NCBI GenBank assembly: GCA_951406725.2
Contig: OX597817.1
Span: forward strand, 140,492,001 to 140,556,000
Direction of reading: 5' to 3'
DNA: 64,000 nucleotides
From: Octopus vulgaris
Lineage: Eukaryota
Shown: in pieces, positions 1-18,117 of the stretch
How positions within the stretch are numbered: the stretch's first letter is position 1
Layout of the letters: every line of letters starts with the position of its first letter
Translations under genes and position numbers: made by a program
Notes under the pieces: model-generated
Seen by the model: the letters and a program-made list of their open reading frames with translations, nothing else
The model's database searches: none
Told to the model about the DNA's origin: nothing

Positions 1-886
1 AGAGAGAGAGAGAGAGAGAGTGTGTGAAAGAGAGAATGTAACAACGGATACATTATCTGAAAATAAGTTGGAGTAGTCATGGCCAAAACGTTTTATAGAA
101 TTCAGGGACCAAAGTTGTCATAGGTTTAAACTATGAAAGCAGAACATTGGCCGACGTTCCTAAGGACAAATGACCGTCGGTGAATGTGAAATTGCATACC
201 ATACGTGTTAACACTTTATTTGATGTCTTGGGTCTGTCAACGGGGATCTCAGTAGCAAATTTTGATATATATGTAACCTTTATAGTAGATATATAAACAG
301 ACAGAATTGTGTGTATGTGTGTGTGTGTACCTTCATAATTGATTGCTAGTATCATACTGATGTGACTTGCACTTAAGCTAAAGAAACTACAAGTAAAAGT
401 ACTCAATACTGTGAAAGAAGCGGAATAATATTCTCATATCATGTTATATTATTATTATTATTTTCTCTCGGACATACTTGTTAGCTGATATCTGCCGCTG
501 CTTCATTGGTCTTTTCAATTTTCTTCGAATAACATTCCAAGTCTTGAACGTCAAGTACTTTTAGGTCTTTATTTTTGTTTGTTGTAATTTTTTTTCTATT
601 GGCCAGACTGGCGATGGGAAGGGGCGAGCATGTCGCTACGTATTTCCTGTCATTCGTAAGAAATAATCAATCGTGTTGTTTTTGTATATATTTGCATATA
701 TTTGCATTAATTTTCGGATGGAAAGCAATTGACATCTCTTAGACCACAGTTTAGAGAGAGGTACCACTTAGAAAATCATCCGTTATCACAGAACAGGATT
801 CTCTGTTACATTAGCGTCCATATCACTTATGACAAGGAATATTGATTTCGTCTACATAGAAAACACAACACCAAATTTTGTAGTAG

Positions 887-887
<1 letters not shown>

Positions 888-974
<87 letters not shown>
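888..974. repeat. (CAG)n-(TAG)n compound trinucleotide microsatellite
   Basis: Directly visible CAG run followed by a TAG run. Confidence 0.95.
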
Positions 975-975
<1 letters not shown>

Positions 976-1264
976 CGAAGGTGCGTGTGGCAGCAGCAGT
1001 AGCTTTACTGCATGTTATTCCACCCTAGGTGTAAAACTGATATTTGTTTCATCGACCCTATTGATTGAAAAACTGTGTTGACCTTAGCTGGACGGGAATT
1101 AGAACGACCATATATATATATATATATACAGAGAGAGAGAGAGAGAGAGAGAAGAATACTCCAGTATTTAAACTTCCACTCAGCTATTTACAATAACTTA
1201 TCACCATTATTATGGTCATGAGCTGTTGTCATTAGTATGCGTGTATACATATATACAAATATAT

Positions 1265-1334
<70 letters not shown>

Positions 1335-1708
1335 TTTCATTATATTAAGGGCTATTACTACACGTAAATGCCTCACGCTGTTAAGGGGCTCTGAAGTCAA
1401 ACTACTTGAATAAATATTCACGGCACCGAATGCGGGGGAATGCAATTTGGAAGATGCCTTTTAAAAACAGATTTAGTAGCAAATCATTAATGATTTTATG
1501 GTTAGCGTACTTAATACACTTTCCAATCATCAGAACACATAAACATAAACATTTGTACATACCAAGTGAACAGCAAACATATCCAACATAGTATACACAA
1601 ATGCTCACACTTATATATCCCTGTAAAAGGAGGGCTTCTCAAATTACATCTCAGTATACGTGTATAGTCGGAATAATTCAGCACTGAATATATTCCAGTT
1701 TAATTTTA

Positions 1709-1749
<41 letters not shown>

Positions 1750-1752
<3 letters not shown>

Positions 1753-1840
1753 AGAGTTTACGAAAAAAATAAAAAAACAAAAGATGAAGACGGGTGGTGT
1801 ACAAAACAAACAGATCTATTATATTAATACGTTTCGAGCC
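1750..1840 (-). mobile_element. Partial copy of the dispersed ~160-bp HHR-like module (putative PLE pseudo-LTR derivative)
   Basis: GGGAGAGTTTACGAAAA...GGTGGTGTACAAAACAAACAGAT...ACGTTTCGAGCC matches copies at 14061, 26904, 39752, 47008 and 63041; internally deleted; abuts (TA)n. Confidence 0.7.
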
Positions 1841-2078
1841 TTGGGAGTATATCTCGCCAAAGAAAGACTTTGTGAGTTGCTGCTCGCAGTCCCGAATATT
1901 TCATGAGGTTAATGCTTTTGTGTGGCTGTTTGAGTGAAAATTTTTTAGCTCTCATTTCTAGGAATTGTAGGTGCAATTTTGCACCCTTGTTTATTAATTT
2001 TTACCTTGCTGGTCTTAATTGGTATAACCACGTATATCATAATATATTATGGCCGCAATCAAATGACTGAAACAAATA

Positions 2079-5700
<3,622 letters not shown>

Positions 5701-5734
5701 TTAAATATATATATATATATATATATAATGTGTA

Positions 5735-5786
<52 letters not shown>

Positions 5787-5879
5787 ATATGAGGAGTATA
5801 CGTCAGAATAACAAAAACTAGTAGGTATGCGTTCTTAGTACTCAAACGAGTATGCCGTGTGTCTGTGTGGATATGTATG

Positions 5880-5916
<37 letters not shown>

Positions 5917-6066
5917 GTATATATCTTGTCTGAGTCATTAGACTCCGACCGTACTGGAGTACCACCATAATAATATATTTTCATGTTTTGAGTGCTATTT
6001 TCTTGTTTGCATCACCAAATATATCTATCTATGTGTCTATCTATCTGTCTATACACACACACACAA

Positions 6067-6099
<33 letters not shown>

Positions 6100-6308
6100 C
6101 AGGGTGCAAAAAAGTTCCTGGGTCGCGCGAAAGGCCTGGTTGAATGCCGAAACTTCAGAATTTTTTTACGGGTCTTAGAAAAACTGAAGGACCACTGCAA
6201 TAATTGTATGAATCCGAGTGAAGACTATGCTAAATAAAATCACAACTAACTGATTCTCCTGTCTTTTCTTTTACCCAAAGCCAGGAACTTTTCCTGCACT
6301 CTCTCGTA
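6100..6308 (+). mobile_element. Internally deleted mariner-type element (MITE-sized)
   Basis: Imperfect TIRs AGGGTGCAAAAAAGTTCCTGG / CCAGGAACTTTTCCTGCACTCT, ending at TA; interior encodes LEKLKDHCNNCMNPSEDYAK*, resembling a mariner transposase C-terminus. Confidence 0.7.
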
Positions 6309-6357
6309 TATATGTGTATGCATGTATGCATATATTGCTGCTTATCTATATATATAT

Positions 6358-6434
6358 AAATAAGCAACAAAGATATCCAAGGTAGTGTAGTACAATTGTT
6401 TCATGCTACTTCATTTTATCTTTGTTGCTTATTT
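6358..6434. repeat. Short fold-back next to a TA run, with an HHR 3'-half remnant
   Basis: 18-bp inverted repeat AAATAAGCAACAAAGATA (6358-6375) / TATCTTTGTTGCTTATTT (6417-6434); spacer on the minus strand reads GAAACAATTGTA. Confidence 0.6.
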
Positions 6435-7994
6435 TGATTATAATCACCTCATTTGATTTATATGGATAATACCATACTAAATTCTGGTGTCTTTAACTTA
6501 AGTACCATATTCATCTGAATCTAAATTTTGCTGAACTTGTACATACATATATATATATATAATGTTGGTGGGTATGTATGTATATATGAATGTATGTAAT
6601 CTTTCCGACCATGTTCATAACGCTCGACCGAAGGAATTCGTTTCCACCCCCACCCCTCCCCGCTATGTTGAATCATATCATCTGAAAAAAGAACATATTC
6701 CACGCAACACAAATTTTCAGTTTAAACTTCCATTCCGACTTCATTCCGTCTACCCTTCTATTCAAACTGCATAGATTAAAATCTTTTCTTTTAACTCTGT
6801 CTACGAACGTTACTTTGCCATCGCTTTTATTTCATTGTGATATTTATTTAGAATAATTTCAATAAACTTCTTTTTTTTTTTACATGAGATCGGATGATGC
6901 GTTTTTGTGAATTAATACAATCGAACAAATTGAAAGCCCCGAACACACACACACACACACACACGCACACTCATATATATTACATGGTAGGTGAATATGT
7001 ATATATTCATATTCTTAGAAATGTATTTACCCCCGTGTAATATATAATATAACACACACACACACACATACGCACATATATACACCCACATCTCAACACA
7101 TAGTTCCATACAAATATTTAGAGAGAATTGACAAGTGTGTAATATTGCGATATTGCTTCGTTTGCAGCTTTAAGTAAATAGTAGTAACATGCCTGCTGGT
7201 AGTTTATTGGATACAGATCAGCGCACACGTGCCGGAAAAGATGTGTGCTTCCACCTACACAAATAAGCCTCTATGTATATTTGTAGGCAGAAAGAGAAAG
7301 AGGGGGGAGAGAGAGATGTATTATAAAATTTAGAATCTTCGAAAAGCAGGGTTTTTGCAGATGTGAGTTCGAGTCCCACGGGTACCTTCGACTTACTTCA
7401 TTCAAGGGGTTTTTTAAGCTATATCTATAACTTTATCTACTTCGGGTTGCACCATTAAAACAATTTACACACACACACACACACATGCACGCAGAGTTTA
7501 AAGAAAAGATGTACTGCAATATGATTGCATGTGGTAGCGATACCCGAACAGGAGCTTTGGAAAGCATGGTATGAGTTTATTACCCAAATAATATTAACGT
7601 GTATACATACATATTTATACGCACACACTCACACACGCGCACACATACATACACGCACGCACACAACACACACATACACTTCTGCATGCACACACGTGTA
7701 CACATGTAGTTGTTCCTATGTTTGCAGAGTAACTCAAATTTTTACAGCTTGGGCAAATATATTTTCATACATCATTAACTCATTTACTTCTCTTATATTA
7801 CATAAACACTATGTTGTCCCTTCGTTTCCAATGGCGTAGCTGCCATAGGAGCAAAGAGCGCTACCGCTCATCCTGAGCACACTTTTTCAAAATTGGCGTT
7901 TACCACAGTTTTTTTTTTTAAACTTTTTAGTTCACTTATGCGATAAAAGTCGAATCTTTTTATTTATTTATTTAATTATTTATCTATTTATCTA

Positions 7995-8218
7995 TTTCTT
8001 TATTATCCACAAGGGGCTAAACATAGAGAGGACAAACAAAGACAGACAAACGGATTAAGTCGATTACATCGACCCCAATGCGTAACTGGTACTTAATTTA
8101 TCGACTCCGAAAGGATGAAAGGCAAAGTCGACCTCGGCGGAATTTGAACTCAGAACATAAAGGCAGACGAAATACGGCTACGCATTTCGCCCGGCGTGCT
8201 AACGTTTCTGCCAGCTCG
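7995..8218 (-). mobile_element. tRNA-derived SINE, family C
   Basis: Minus strand GCGAGCTGGCAGAAACGTTAGCACGCCGGGCGAAATG...GAGTTCAAATTCCGCCGAGGTCGACTTTGCC; same family at 31.7-32.1, 50.9, 51.2, 55.1 and 55.4 kb. Confidence 0.85.
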
Positions 8219-8238
8219 CGTATATATATATATATATA

Positions 8239-8294
<56 letters not shown>

Positions 8295-8591
8295 CGTGCG
8301 CGCGCGTGTGTACACCAAGATATACATATGTCTCCAACATAGAGAAGCATACAAATACAGACACGTACATACGCGCGCGGACTTATCTAATTTTGGTCGT
8401 TCTACTCATGTCACCAATTAATCCCATCAGTTTCCTTTTATTTCAAGTACTTTCCTTTTAACTCTTTCGGTATTCCCACAACCAATGGAGGCGGTTGTTC
8501 ATCAAAAGAGACATGTTTAGAACTGTTTATTATCTGGTATTAACAGTTCCATCTCCTTGTCACCACCACCATCGTCAAGAGCGACGGCAGT

Positions 8592-8960
8592 GGATGCGCA
8601 ATGGCCCAGTGGTTAGGGCAGCGGACTCGCGGTCTGAGGATCGCGGTTTCCATTCCCAGACCGGGCGTTGTGTGTGTTTATTGAGCGAAAACACCTAAAG
8701 CTCCACGAGACTCCGGCAAGAGGTGGTGGCGACCCCTGTTGTACTCTTTCGCCCCAACTTTCTCTCCCTCTTTCTTCCTGTTTCTTTTCCCCGACTTCCT
8801 ATGCAACCGCTGAGCCTGGATGCGCATTCATCCATCCGTCGATGCTCTCAGTGTCGGGGGTTGACCTGCTCTCTCTTCTGCGGGTCTTACGAATAGCAAA
8901 GGACCACGCTTCGGACTTCTCCCATCTTGCGAGCTCTGGGACGAAGACCGTTCGCTCAAC
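8592..8960 (+). mobile_element. tRNA-derived SINE, family A subtype 1
   Basis: Head GCGCAATGGCCCAGTGGTTAGGGCAGCGGACTCGCGGTC...; near-identical copies at 51.5 and 56.5 kb; followed by (CAG/CAA)n. Confidence 0.88.
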
Positions 8961-10119
8961 TGCAACAGCAGCAGCAACAGCAACGACAACAACAAAGGCA
9001 CCGGTTTTGTCGTTGTTGTATGAAAGAAGAGGAAAGCGGTGAGAAAAAGTTATTAATCCTCTTCGGTTTTGTCTCTTTTCATTCTATTCAAATATTTATT
9101 CTTACTTATTAACATATTTTTATTGCTTTCAAATCCTCTCTGTATGTATGCATGTATGTATTCGTATATCTTCGGTACACTTGCATATGTTCTAACACAT
9201 ATCTGCACCAACACAAAGGCATGCACACCAGCATAAATACTTAAAATATGTAAAAATGCATGAGTGTACGCATCTATGTATGCATACTTGCATGTGTGTG
9301 TGTGTTTATATATACATACATATATATATATATTTGTATATATGTAATATTTATGTGAGTTTGTGTGTGTGTGTGTGTGTGTGTAATGGTCGCACTCGTG
9401 GATTTCGACGCATGAGTGTTTGAAGGAGAGGATTTAAAGTTAAAGAGAGAAATAAAAGCAAAGGGAAAAGAGAAATCACCTTTCTGTGGTGTGTATCGTT
9501 ATCTGCGCATGCGTTTGCGCTTGTATCTCTGTGTGCACGTGTGCCCCTGTCTATATGTTTCGTATATGTGTGTTGTGTGTGTGTGTCCACAGTGTATGTC
9601 CTCTATTTAATTTTATTTTATTCATTCATTTACTTATGTATTTCTCAATTTTTCTCTCATTCCCTCTTAAGTACGTGTATGTGTGCCTTGTGTGTGTTTT
9701 TTGAGTTTATGTATGATACTTCTTTTATCTGTGTCTTTTTTTCTCATTCTGACTTTAGTCATCATGTTGCGCAGTGTGAAGGGAAGTTATTGCTCTATTG
9801 CTGTTTTCAGTTGAGGCTCGGCCTGTCAATTACTATGTGTATGACCTCTGTAATCTGTCAAAGTGACGTGTCTGTTATATATGTTGATAATACCTTAACA
9901 TCTTTGTTATTAACCGAGACTCTATGTTCTAATTGAGCATATTGGTAGACCACTGACAAGCTTCTTTCCTGTTTGAGCTCCCGCCAACGCTCACCTTTCC
10001 GCTCCTTTATGCTATGTGTTATATCCTCAATGCATGTTGTTCTACATTCCCAATCTGACAGTTGACCTGTGGGTTCATCCTACATACTTGACAGTTATCC
10101 ATCCGTACATGACGGCTTT

Positions 10120-10134
10120 CATTATATATATATG

Positions 10135-10165
<31 letters not shown>

Positions 10166-10203
10166 GTATGTATCTATCTATATTATCTATGTATGTATGT
10201 ATA

Positions 10204-10258
<55 letters not shown>

Positions 10259-10371
10259 TTGTCTGTCTGTATGTATGTATGTATGTATGTATGTACGTAA
10301 GTACCTACCTACCTACCTATCTATCTATCTATCTATCTATCTATATATCTATCTATCTATCTATCTATCTA

Positions 10372-10446
<75 letters not shown>

Positions 10447-10460
10447 GCTCAAGCATATAT

Positions 10461-10496
<36 letters not shown>

Positions 10497-10553
10497 ATAT
10501 ATATATATATATCTATATCTATATATCTCTATATATATATCTATATCTATATA

Positions 10554-10603
<50 letters not shown>
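10120..10603. repeat. Compound (TA)n/(TATC)n/(TATG)n/(TC)n microsatellite
   Basis: Directly visible. Confidence 0.95.
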
Positions 10604-10605
<2 letters not shown>

Positions 10606-10777
10606 CTCAAGCATTTTCAAGCGCGGGACGGCGAAAGATTCTTGAATGCAATAACATAAATATTCTATTTCTTTTATTTTAGTTTATTTCTATCTAATAT
10701 CTTGAAAATAACTTCTTCTGTATGTGAAAAAAGATATAAATGAACTAAAGAGAATTTCTCGCATTTCGTCTAGCATT

Positions 10778-10783
10778 CTTCTT

Positions 10784-10865
<82 letters not shown>
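10778..10865. repeat. (CTT)n-(TTA)n microsatellite
   Basis: Directly visible. Confidence 0.95.
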
Positions 10866-10868
<3 letters not shown>

Positions 10869-10967
10869 ATTTATTATATATAAATGTGTGTGTGTGTGTG
10901 TATATTTACAAACACTGACGCATACACACAGACACGCACATATATTTATATATATATATATATATGC

Positions 10968-11060
10968 ATCTGCCAAACAACCTCAGAAATTCGGTGATTT
11001 TTTGAGGCGTGGAGTGGATGTCTTCAAAAGGCGTTTGAACAGATTCTTATCTGAGATAGA
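10968..11060 (+). mobile_element. Small decayed CR1-group LINE 3' fragment
   Basis: GVDVFKRRLNRFLSEI resembles GVDTDVFKMKLDLFLSGV at the end of ORF 2967-5096. Confidence 0.5.
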
Positions 11061-11361
11061 ACGTTTTCCTTCCTTTCGATAATGTCATTCATGACATAAG
11101 TACACGTTGTTTTGAAGTTGCTAAAAGCCAACCGACTCAGATGCTTGTCTTCGTTTTTATTTATTGTTCAAATATCAAATTCACTTGCATCAAATTGTAT
11201 CGCAGTTTCTGCCGAATCACTTTTGTTTTGAAGTTGATATCATACCATATTTAATGGTATTTCAGACTTAAAAATAAAAAAAATTTTAAGTTCATGAAAG
11301 TTCACACAGGTTCCTATATGCGAAACTGGGCTCATATTACATGCTTTAATGCACTGAAAAT

Positions 11362-12681
11362 GTATAAACTAGTCGAAATATATAAACTGGGGAAGGTACG
11401 AAAGGTGATGATGCTGAGAGAGTCGAATGACGTGGAAATCAGGCGTAATCCATCAGATGTGAAAACAGCCAGGAAGTGGAAAGCAGAAGCATAGACTGAT
11501 GACATTCTGTCATTTCTTACACACCAAGATATGGTGGGTGCATCGCAAATTCATCGGAAGGGGTTGGTTTTGGCGCAGATCGGTTCAGACCGTTTGCAAG
11601 TATGATGCGGAACGAACGCAGATCTGTTGTTAGCAACAGCGTCAAAACAAGGGAAGCAGAGAGAAGAGAGCTTCATTTGATTCACTTCCCTCAACAAGGA
11701 CAGACAGGAGGAACATGTTGAAAACAAAAATAAGTTGGAATGAGATATGGAGGTGGACCAAAATCTCGGCGAAGTTTTCTGATTCGTTCATCCTCTCATG
11801 TTCTGTCATCACCTGCAAATCTAGCAAGATGGAACTTCTGAGGGAATGATATATGCAAATGCGGTAGGAACACTGAAACATATTCTTTCCAACTGTTTAC
11901 TGGCATTGAACAGATATACATGAAGACACAATCTGCTCCTTAAAGTTATTTTCGATGCTATAAAGAACCAAATTGCTCTCATCAACAGTGGCCAAAATTC
12001 ATTGAAAGAAACAACCAGAGGTTTCATTACCTTCGTGTGCTCAGGACGGTAGACCCGTATCAAGAAGAAACTTCTTGTGAGCAATGAAAAATGGAACGGC
12101 TATTGGGTGGTGGCTGCAGATTTACCAGGGTGCCAAGGATTCTTTCCCAACACAATTACGAAGAATCCGGATATCATAATATGGTATGAAAGAAAGTGGT
12201 AAATCTAGTTGCGTTAACGGTTCCTCATGAAGATAACATGGACGCAGCTCGGGCTCGAAAGATTGTCCGTCATGTAAACCTCCTCGGGGAATGTGAAGAC
12301 GCAAGGTGGAAAGCGGAGCATTTTCCACTCGAAGTCCGATGTAAAGGATTCGTTAGATACAGTGTGAGGCGACTGTTGTTATCGTTAGGCCTAACTCATC
12401 GTAAAGCAAATACCACCATGAGTGATATCCAAACTACAGTGGAAAGGGCTAGCCACTTGATTTGGTTAAAAAGAGACGATGAGCGATGGTTAGAAGAATA
12501 TTGAGTTATATCTGATAACCAGTTGACCTAGCAAACGGGGATTCATTTCAGTGGGGGGGGGGGGGCGTATGATGCTGTCGAGAGGTAGGCGCATTCTCTC
12601 CTGATGACTCCATACGCTTGCTGGCTTCCGATATGCGGAGCTTTCGACTGGTATCACTTGCATGTACAAGTTGTTTGCAAA
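11362..12681 (+). mobile_element. 5'-truncated HERO-like (R2-superclade, REL endonuclease) non-LTR retrotransposon
   Basis: ORF 12196-12504 LTVPHEDNMDAARARK...WKAEHFPLEVRCKGF...VERASHLIWLKR fits the HERO-type REL C-terminus (ELTVPWE..K..KY..GW...PIEVGCRGF..AEKASRWLW); PDIIIW-like motif near 12167; flanked by a ~115-120-bp direct duplication. Confidence 0.8.
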
Positions 12682-13354
12682 ATACCATATTTAGTGGTAT
12701 TTCAGACGAAAAAAAAATCTAAAAGCCCTTAAGAGTTCACACAGGTTCCTATATTCGAATCTGGGCTAATATTACATGCTTTAATGCACTGAAAATACTT
12801 TTTACTGAATATACGCTGCTGCAATTGAGTTAAGCTTCATTCGACTGTGCGCCTTTTATGCCACCAACTACGAGAATAATTAAATTTGTATTTGGAGAAT
12901 AATCAAATTTGTCGACATTTCAAACCTTATTAATTAATCTTGAAAATAATTTTTTTAAATATCAAAACGTGTTACATTAAGGTTTGATCTGCCTCGTTAT
13001 TTACGAGGCGGAATGAAACTGGTATGAAAGGAAAATGAACAGTAGAGTAGTTAGGTTGTGAAGGGAGAAAGGAGGAGGGAGCACATAAAAAAAAAGGCAC
13101 CATCGCACTTAACAGTATTTTCACAAATTTCTCTTATATTACGCGAAATATTTCATTGGTTGTAATACACGTAGTTGTATTCTACGTTCATTAATTTTCT
13201 ATTTCAGTAACAAAGTCTTTATGTATAAAAGGTACAACTACTAACATAGGTATGGCGTGAAAAAGATGAAACTTCACGGAATCGTCCAGTGTCGTGAGGT
13301 TATGATGTCAGGGTTTGTTTTGGTTCTTCAGCGACAAATTCACAGCGACAATGC

Positions 13355-13582
13355 ACTTCTCAATATGTGTGACGAACCAGTTAAGACAATCTTTTGCACT
13401 TCCTGGGTGGATGGTAGGCTAGGGAATCATTCTCAAATAATTATCATTTCCATATCATTCCAAGTGCTGCTGCAATCACTGGTGTTGTAACCGTCTGGAT
13501 GCCTCATCTTTTCGATGTTAATCAGCAAATCTTTATATTTTCTGAGCTTATCCAATTCTTTTGCCGAAATATTATGATCACA
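13355..13582 (-). mobile_element. R4/Dong-like REL retroelement 3' fragment
   Basis: Clear nucleotide similarity to 21105-21335 (CCAGTTAAGACAA.CTTTTGCACTTC, CAATCACTGGTGTTGTAAC). Confidence 0.65.
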
Positions 13583-13723
13583 GTACTTCTTTCCTTTATA
13601 AGCCTGGTACTTATTCTATCGGTCTCTTTTATCGAGCCGCTAAGTTACGGAGACGTAAACACACTAGCAACAGTTGTCAAGCAGTGGATGGGGAGACGAA
13701 CACAGACACTAACACAGACACTA

Positions 13724-13758
<35 letters not shown>

Positions 13759-13932
13759 CCCACATATATATACGATGGGCTTCTTTCAGTTTCCGTCTAT
13801 CAAACCTATTACAAGGCTTTGTCGGCCTGAGGCTATAGAAGACACTTGTCCAAGGTTTTACGCAATGGGGACTAAACCCGTTCCACTGTGGTTGGGAAGC
13901 AAGCTTCTTATCTCACAGCCACGCCTGCGCCT
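13583..13932 (-). mobile_element. tRNA-derived SINE, family D (3'-truncated)
   Basis: Matches the full copies at 33095-33513 and 38397-38807, including the internal (CA)/(TA) tract. Confidence 0.8.
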
Positions 13933-14032
13933 ATTATTTATTTCTCTATTGTTAATCGTATGGCCTTAGAAGAACTTTCTGGAATCATTCATTCATTTGA
14001 CGAACCTCCCGTGTTTTTGAACTGTCTACTCA

Positions 14033-14060
<28 letters not shown>

Positions 14061-14064
<4 letters not shown>

Positions 14065-14252
14065 TTAACGAAACAAACAAAAGACGAAGGCAGGTGGTGT
14101 ACAAAACAAACAGATGTATTAGTATAACGCTCAGGAATAGAAAAAGTCTTTTACGTTTCGAGCCTACGCTCTTCTACAGAAAGGGACACAGAAAAAAACA
14201 AGGAGAGAAACAAAAAGGAGAGAAAAAAGACAGAAAAAAGGAGAGAAAAAAA
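14061..14252 (-). mobile_element. Dispersed ~160-bp module with a minimal HHR-like motif (14148-14183)
   Basis: Minus strand CTTT-CTGTAGAA-GAGC GTAG GCTC-GAAAC-GTA-AAAG; six copies in the window; abuts (TA)n(GA)n. Confidence 0.75.
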
Positions 14253-14737
14253 TATATATATACATAGTCAAAATGATGGTACCCCGGAGCTCTCGAGATT
14301 AAATTGGAAAAGAAAATATATGTATGTGTGTGTGTGTGTGTGTGTATGAATATATTCTATTTAGTCACACGTACCGAGTAGCTTGTCTATATTTTTCTTG
14401 GTGCAGATTGCACTCGAAGAAAGAGAAAAAGAATTTTAATTATTCGTTGTCACATATTTGCAATAGTGAGAAGAAATGTAGCAATGTGATGAAGATCCAT
14501 CATAATTATTAATTAAATATGTCGCATATGTTGCAGGAGAATATATAAATATATTGTAGACAGGAACATATTTAACGTGGTGCCGTGAAACGCACCAATC
14601 AAAAAGAAATAATGAAAACCTAATTTCCAACATTAATAAAACACAGAACAAACTGTGAAAATTAACGTTTTCGTTCTTTAATATTGCAACATTTCATATA
14701 TATTTTTCTGTATGTGTGTGGGAGCTATATGGAATAG

Positions 14738-14796
<59 letters not shown>

Positions 14797-14934
14797 TTAT
14801 ATAATATATATACATATTTAAATGCATATGTTTTTGTGGAGGGTAGATGGACATACACACACATATGTCTGTGAGTGTGTATTTCTATAAATGTATATGC
14901 ATGTCTATATAGTTATACATACATACATTATACA

Positions 14935-15432
<498 letters not shown>

Positions 15433-15784
15433 CAGTCAGATTCATATGGCTGTGTGGATGTATCTTTATAGTAGTCAAACACGCTTCTACAAAATTGATT
15501 AAGCTAAGTTCATCATGTGACCGTTAGTTATTTACAATATTTTATGCCTGTGCATGTCTCCATACTTTTTATAGAGTGGACGAAACCGTTGATTGCCTGG
15601 CTTCTGCTTTATTAATTCCGCAGTTAATGGAATCTCTCGTCTCACATATTTGATAAATAATGCAATTAGTGAGCGGTTGATATGACGAGAGAACTATATT
15701 GCTATGTGGCTATGAAGTAAGACATGAGAATAAGATGTCAAATCAAGAAGAAATGTCGATAGTTGATTACTCCTGCCGCCAGTA

Positions 15785-16066
15785 CAGTAGAATTTCGGTT
15801 TACGAACGCCTCACATCACGAACAAACCGGTTTATGAAGGATTACGGCGTCGCACGTTACGAATACGCAAACCGGTAACAATGACTGGCAACCAGCTGGA
15901 AATATCAACGGGAGAGCGTCGGCTGCTGTTTAGTTTTTGTTCAGTGCACATCACGGCTCAAATTCACCGTGTCTTCTCTTAAATTTCCTATGGTTTCGGT
16001 TTACGAACATTTCGGGTGACGAACTGCTTTCAGGAACGAATTAAATTCGTAACAGAGGTTCCACTG
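15785..16066. mobile_element. Tc1/pogo (Tigger-like) MITE
   Basis: TA|CAGTAGAA...TTCCACTG|TA termini with TA target duplication; repeated subterminal GGTTTACGAAC motifs; non-coding. Confidence 0.75.
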
Positions 16067-18071
16067 TAATTGATAAACTGCGTCCACCTTTTAAGTACTA
16101 TACCTTTATATCATCGTTTGACCTGCTAAAAATATCAACTGAATTTCCCCCGTGTTTTGGTATTTCTCATAGGAAGGATGCTGGGAGGATTGAAAAAGGT
16201 GGAGCATTTAGCATCTCCAACGAACGGATTACTCAGATAGATAAGGCCGTTAATCCAAAAGCAGCTGGGGCGGGGGAGAGCCATTTTCTATTCTGCATTA
16301 ACTCCCTAATTGGCAGATGCAAATGTATCTGAAACCTAGACTCATCTTTCCAAAAGATATATTAATACTTTGACCAGACATGGTGCTTCTATCGAGGAGT
16401 ATGAAGCACATTCATTGTGTTCCAACTGACTGTGACTTCGAAGGACAAACTTCACATTTCTCACCGACTTTCAATATCAGAACTCGGATGTTCAGGCTTT
16501 TATCAAAGAATGGAATATAGCCTGAGTCCCCATTCAAACGGTTGCTGCGGTTACCCAGCAAGATCGGTGCACTATTTTATGCAGAAGATTGATTTTGGAA
16601 CCCAAACAACTGAAGGGACCCACTAGGGATAGCAACTGAGACCATAGCAAATGAGAACAACTCAAAATTGTTGATTGACGAAAGAAGGAACCGTTCTGTT
16701 GGCGAACTCTCAAGGAGCGAAACCCTTGTGACCATGTGGTACATGCTGAATATGTAGACGGGTTCCCTACACTACGATAACTTTAGTCACATCAAAAGAA
16801 AAGCTTACAACATCTTTGGATAGCTTGGAGCAAAGCGACTAAGGTATTTCACAAAGATGGGATTAACCATTTTGAATTTATTCAACACTATAGCGAAGAA
16901 AGAAACAGAATTACATAAATGCAAGCTCTATTTTGTTTTCGCATCAAAAGAATAGAGGAGAGAGGTGAAATTTTCGTTTTTGGTGGTGATGATGGAGTTC
17001 GGTATTCGTCAGCATGAGAGTCATTGCCCTATGGTTTCACATCAAACAGTAGTCCCATGAACAAACCCAGTGGGTAGTTAGGCACTCCACTGGAGATGAA
17101 TCTAGAGAAACTAAAATCTTTCTTTTAATTACTTTTGCCTTGGTCATCGCCAGAATCTTTATGAATTCCTCAAATAGGGTGGACAGTGGAGAAAATCCTG
17201 TCTACCCAAACCACTAAACTTCACGCTTAGCAAACTGGTCCTCAACAGTGAAGAAGCATTGTATACATATCTAGGGTCGGGGTTTCGTTGACCAAGTAAC
17301 AATAATCTTTAATCACTCATTAGGGTTCGATCGCAACAATAGATCAATAATTGGAACTATTTCAAAATGTCTGAAACGAGAGACTTCAAAACAAAAATGA
17401 AAGAAAAAACCAAGAAGCAAAGAAACAGAAAGATCTATGGCACAGACCTTGCTCGACTTCTGCTCGTAATAACAAATATGTCTAAATATTTTTGGTGTTA
17501 ATATCTAAACATTTCATTTCTCTAAATGGCGTTAGTTATTCGTTTCACTACATTTTCCATTATGTTACACAGAACAAATCACATATTTACTCAGGCGAAT
17601 TCTTTTATGGGTATATTTTTCTATTTTGTATTTATTGAAGAAGTATAGGCACAATTGTACACCTGAAAGACTTCATTTGTGATTAAATCTGCAGATTTCA
17701 AGAAAACTCCGCAGTAAATCTGTTCATTTCTACATCACAGTATGGTACATTGTTTCATAGAAGGAAAACTTATAATGAATTCCATCATAAAAACCCATTA
17801 TTTACACAACTCTTAGCTTTATTTGTCGTAGAACTATAAAATATTTTTGGAAAGTTATGGACTCCTTAATAGTTATTTTATAACCAACTTACATAAAAAT
17901 GTATAGTTATGCCTGTTACATACATATACGTATACATTTGTACAAATATACATACATACACACATATACTCACATATATATATCTTCATACATACGTTTA
18001 TACGTATGTACATACGTACATATACGCACGCACGCACGCACACACACACACAAGACATATCTATATATCTT

Positions 18072-18117
<46 letters not shown>

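Noticed and set aside
7350-7390. Isolated T-arm/B-box GTGAGTTCGAGTCCCAC
   Set aside because: No A box, D arm or cloverleaf nearby; too short to call.
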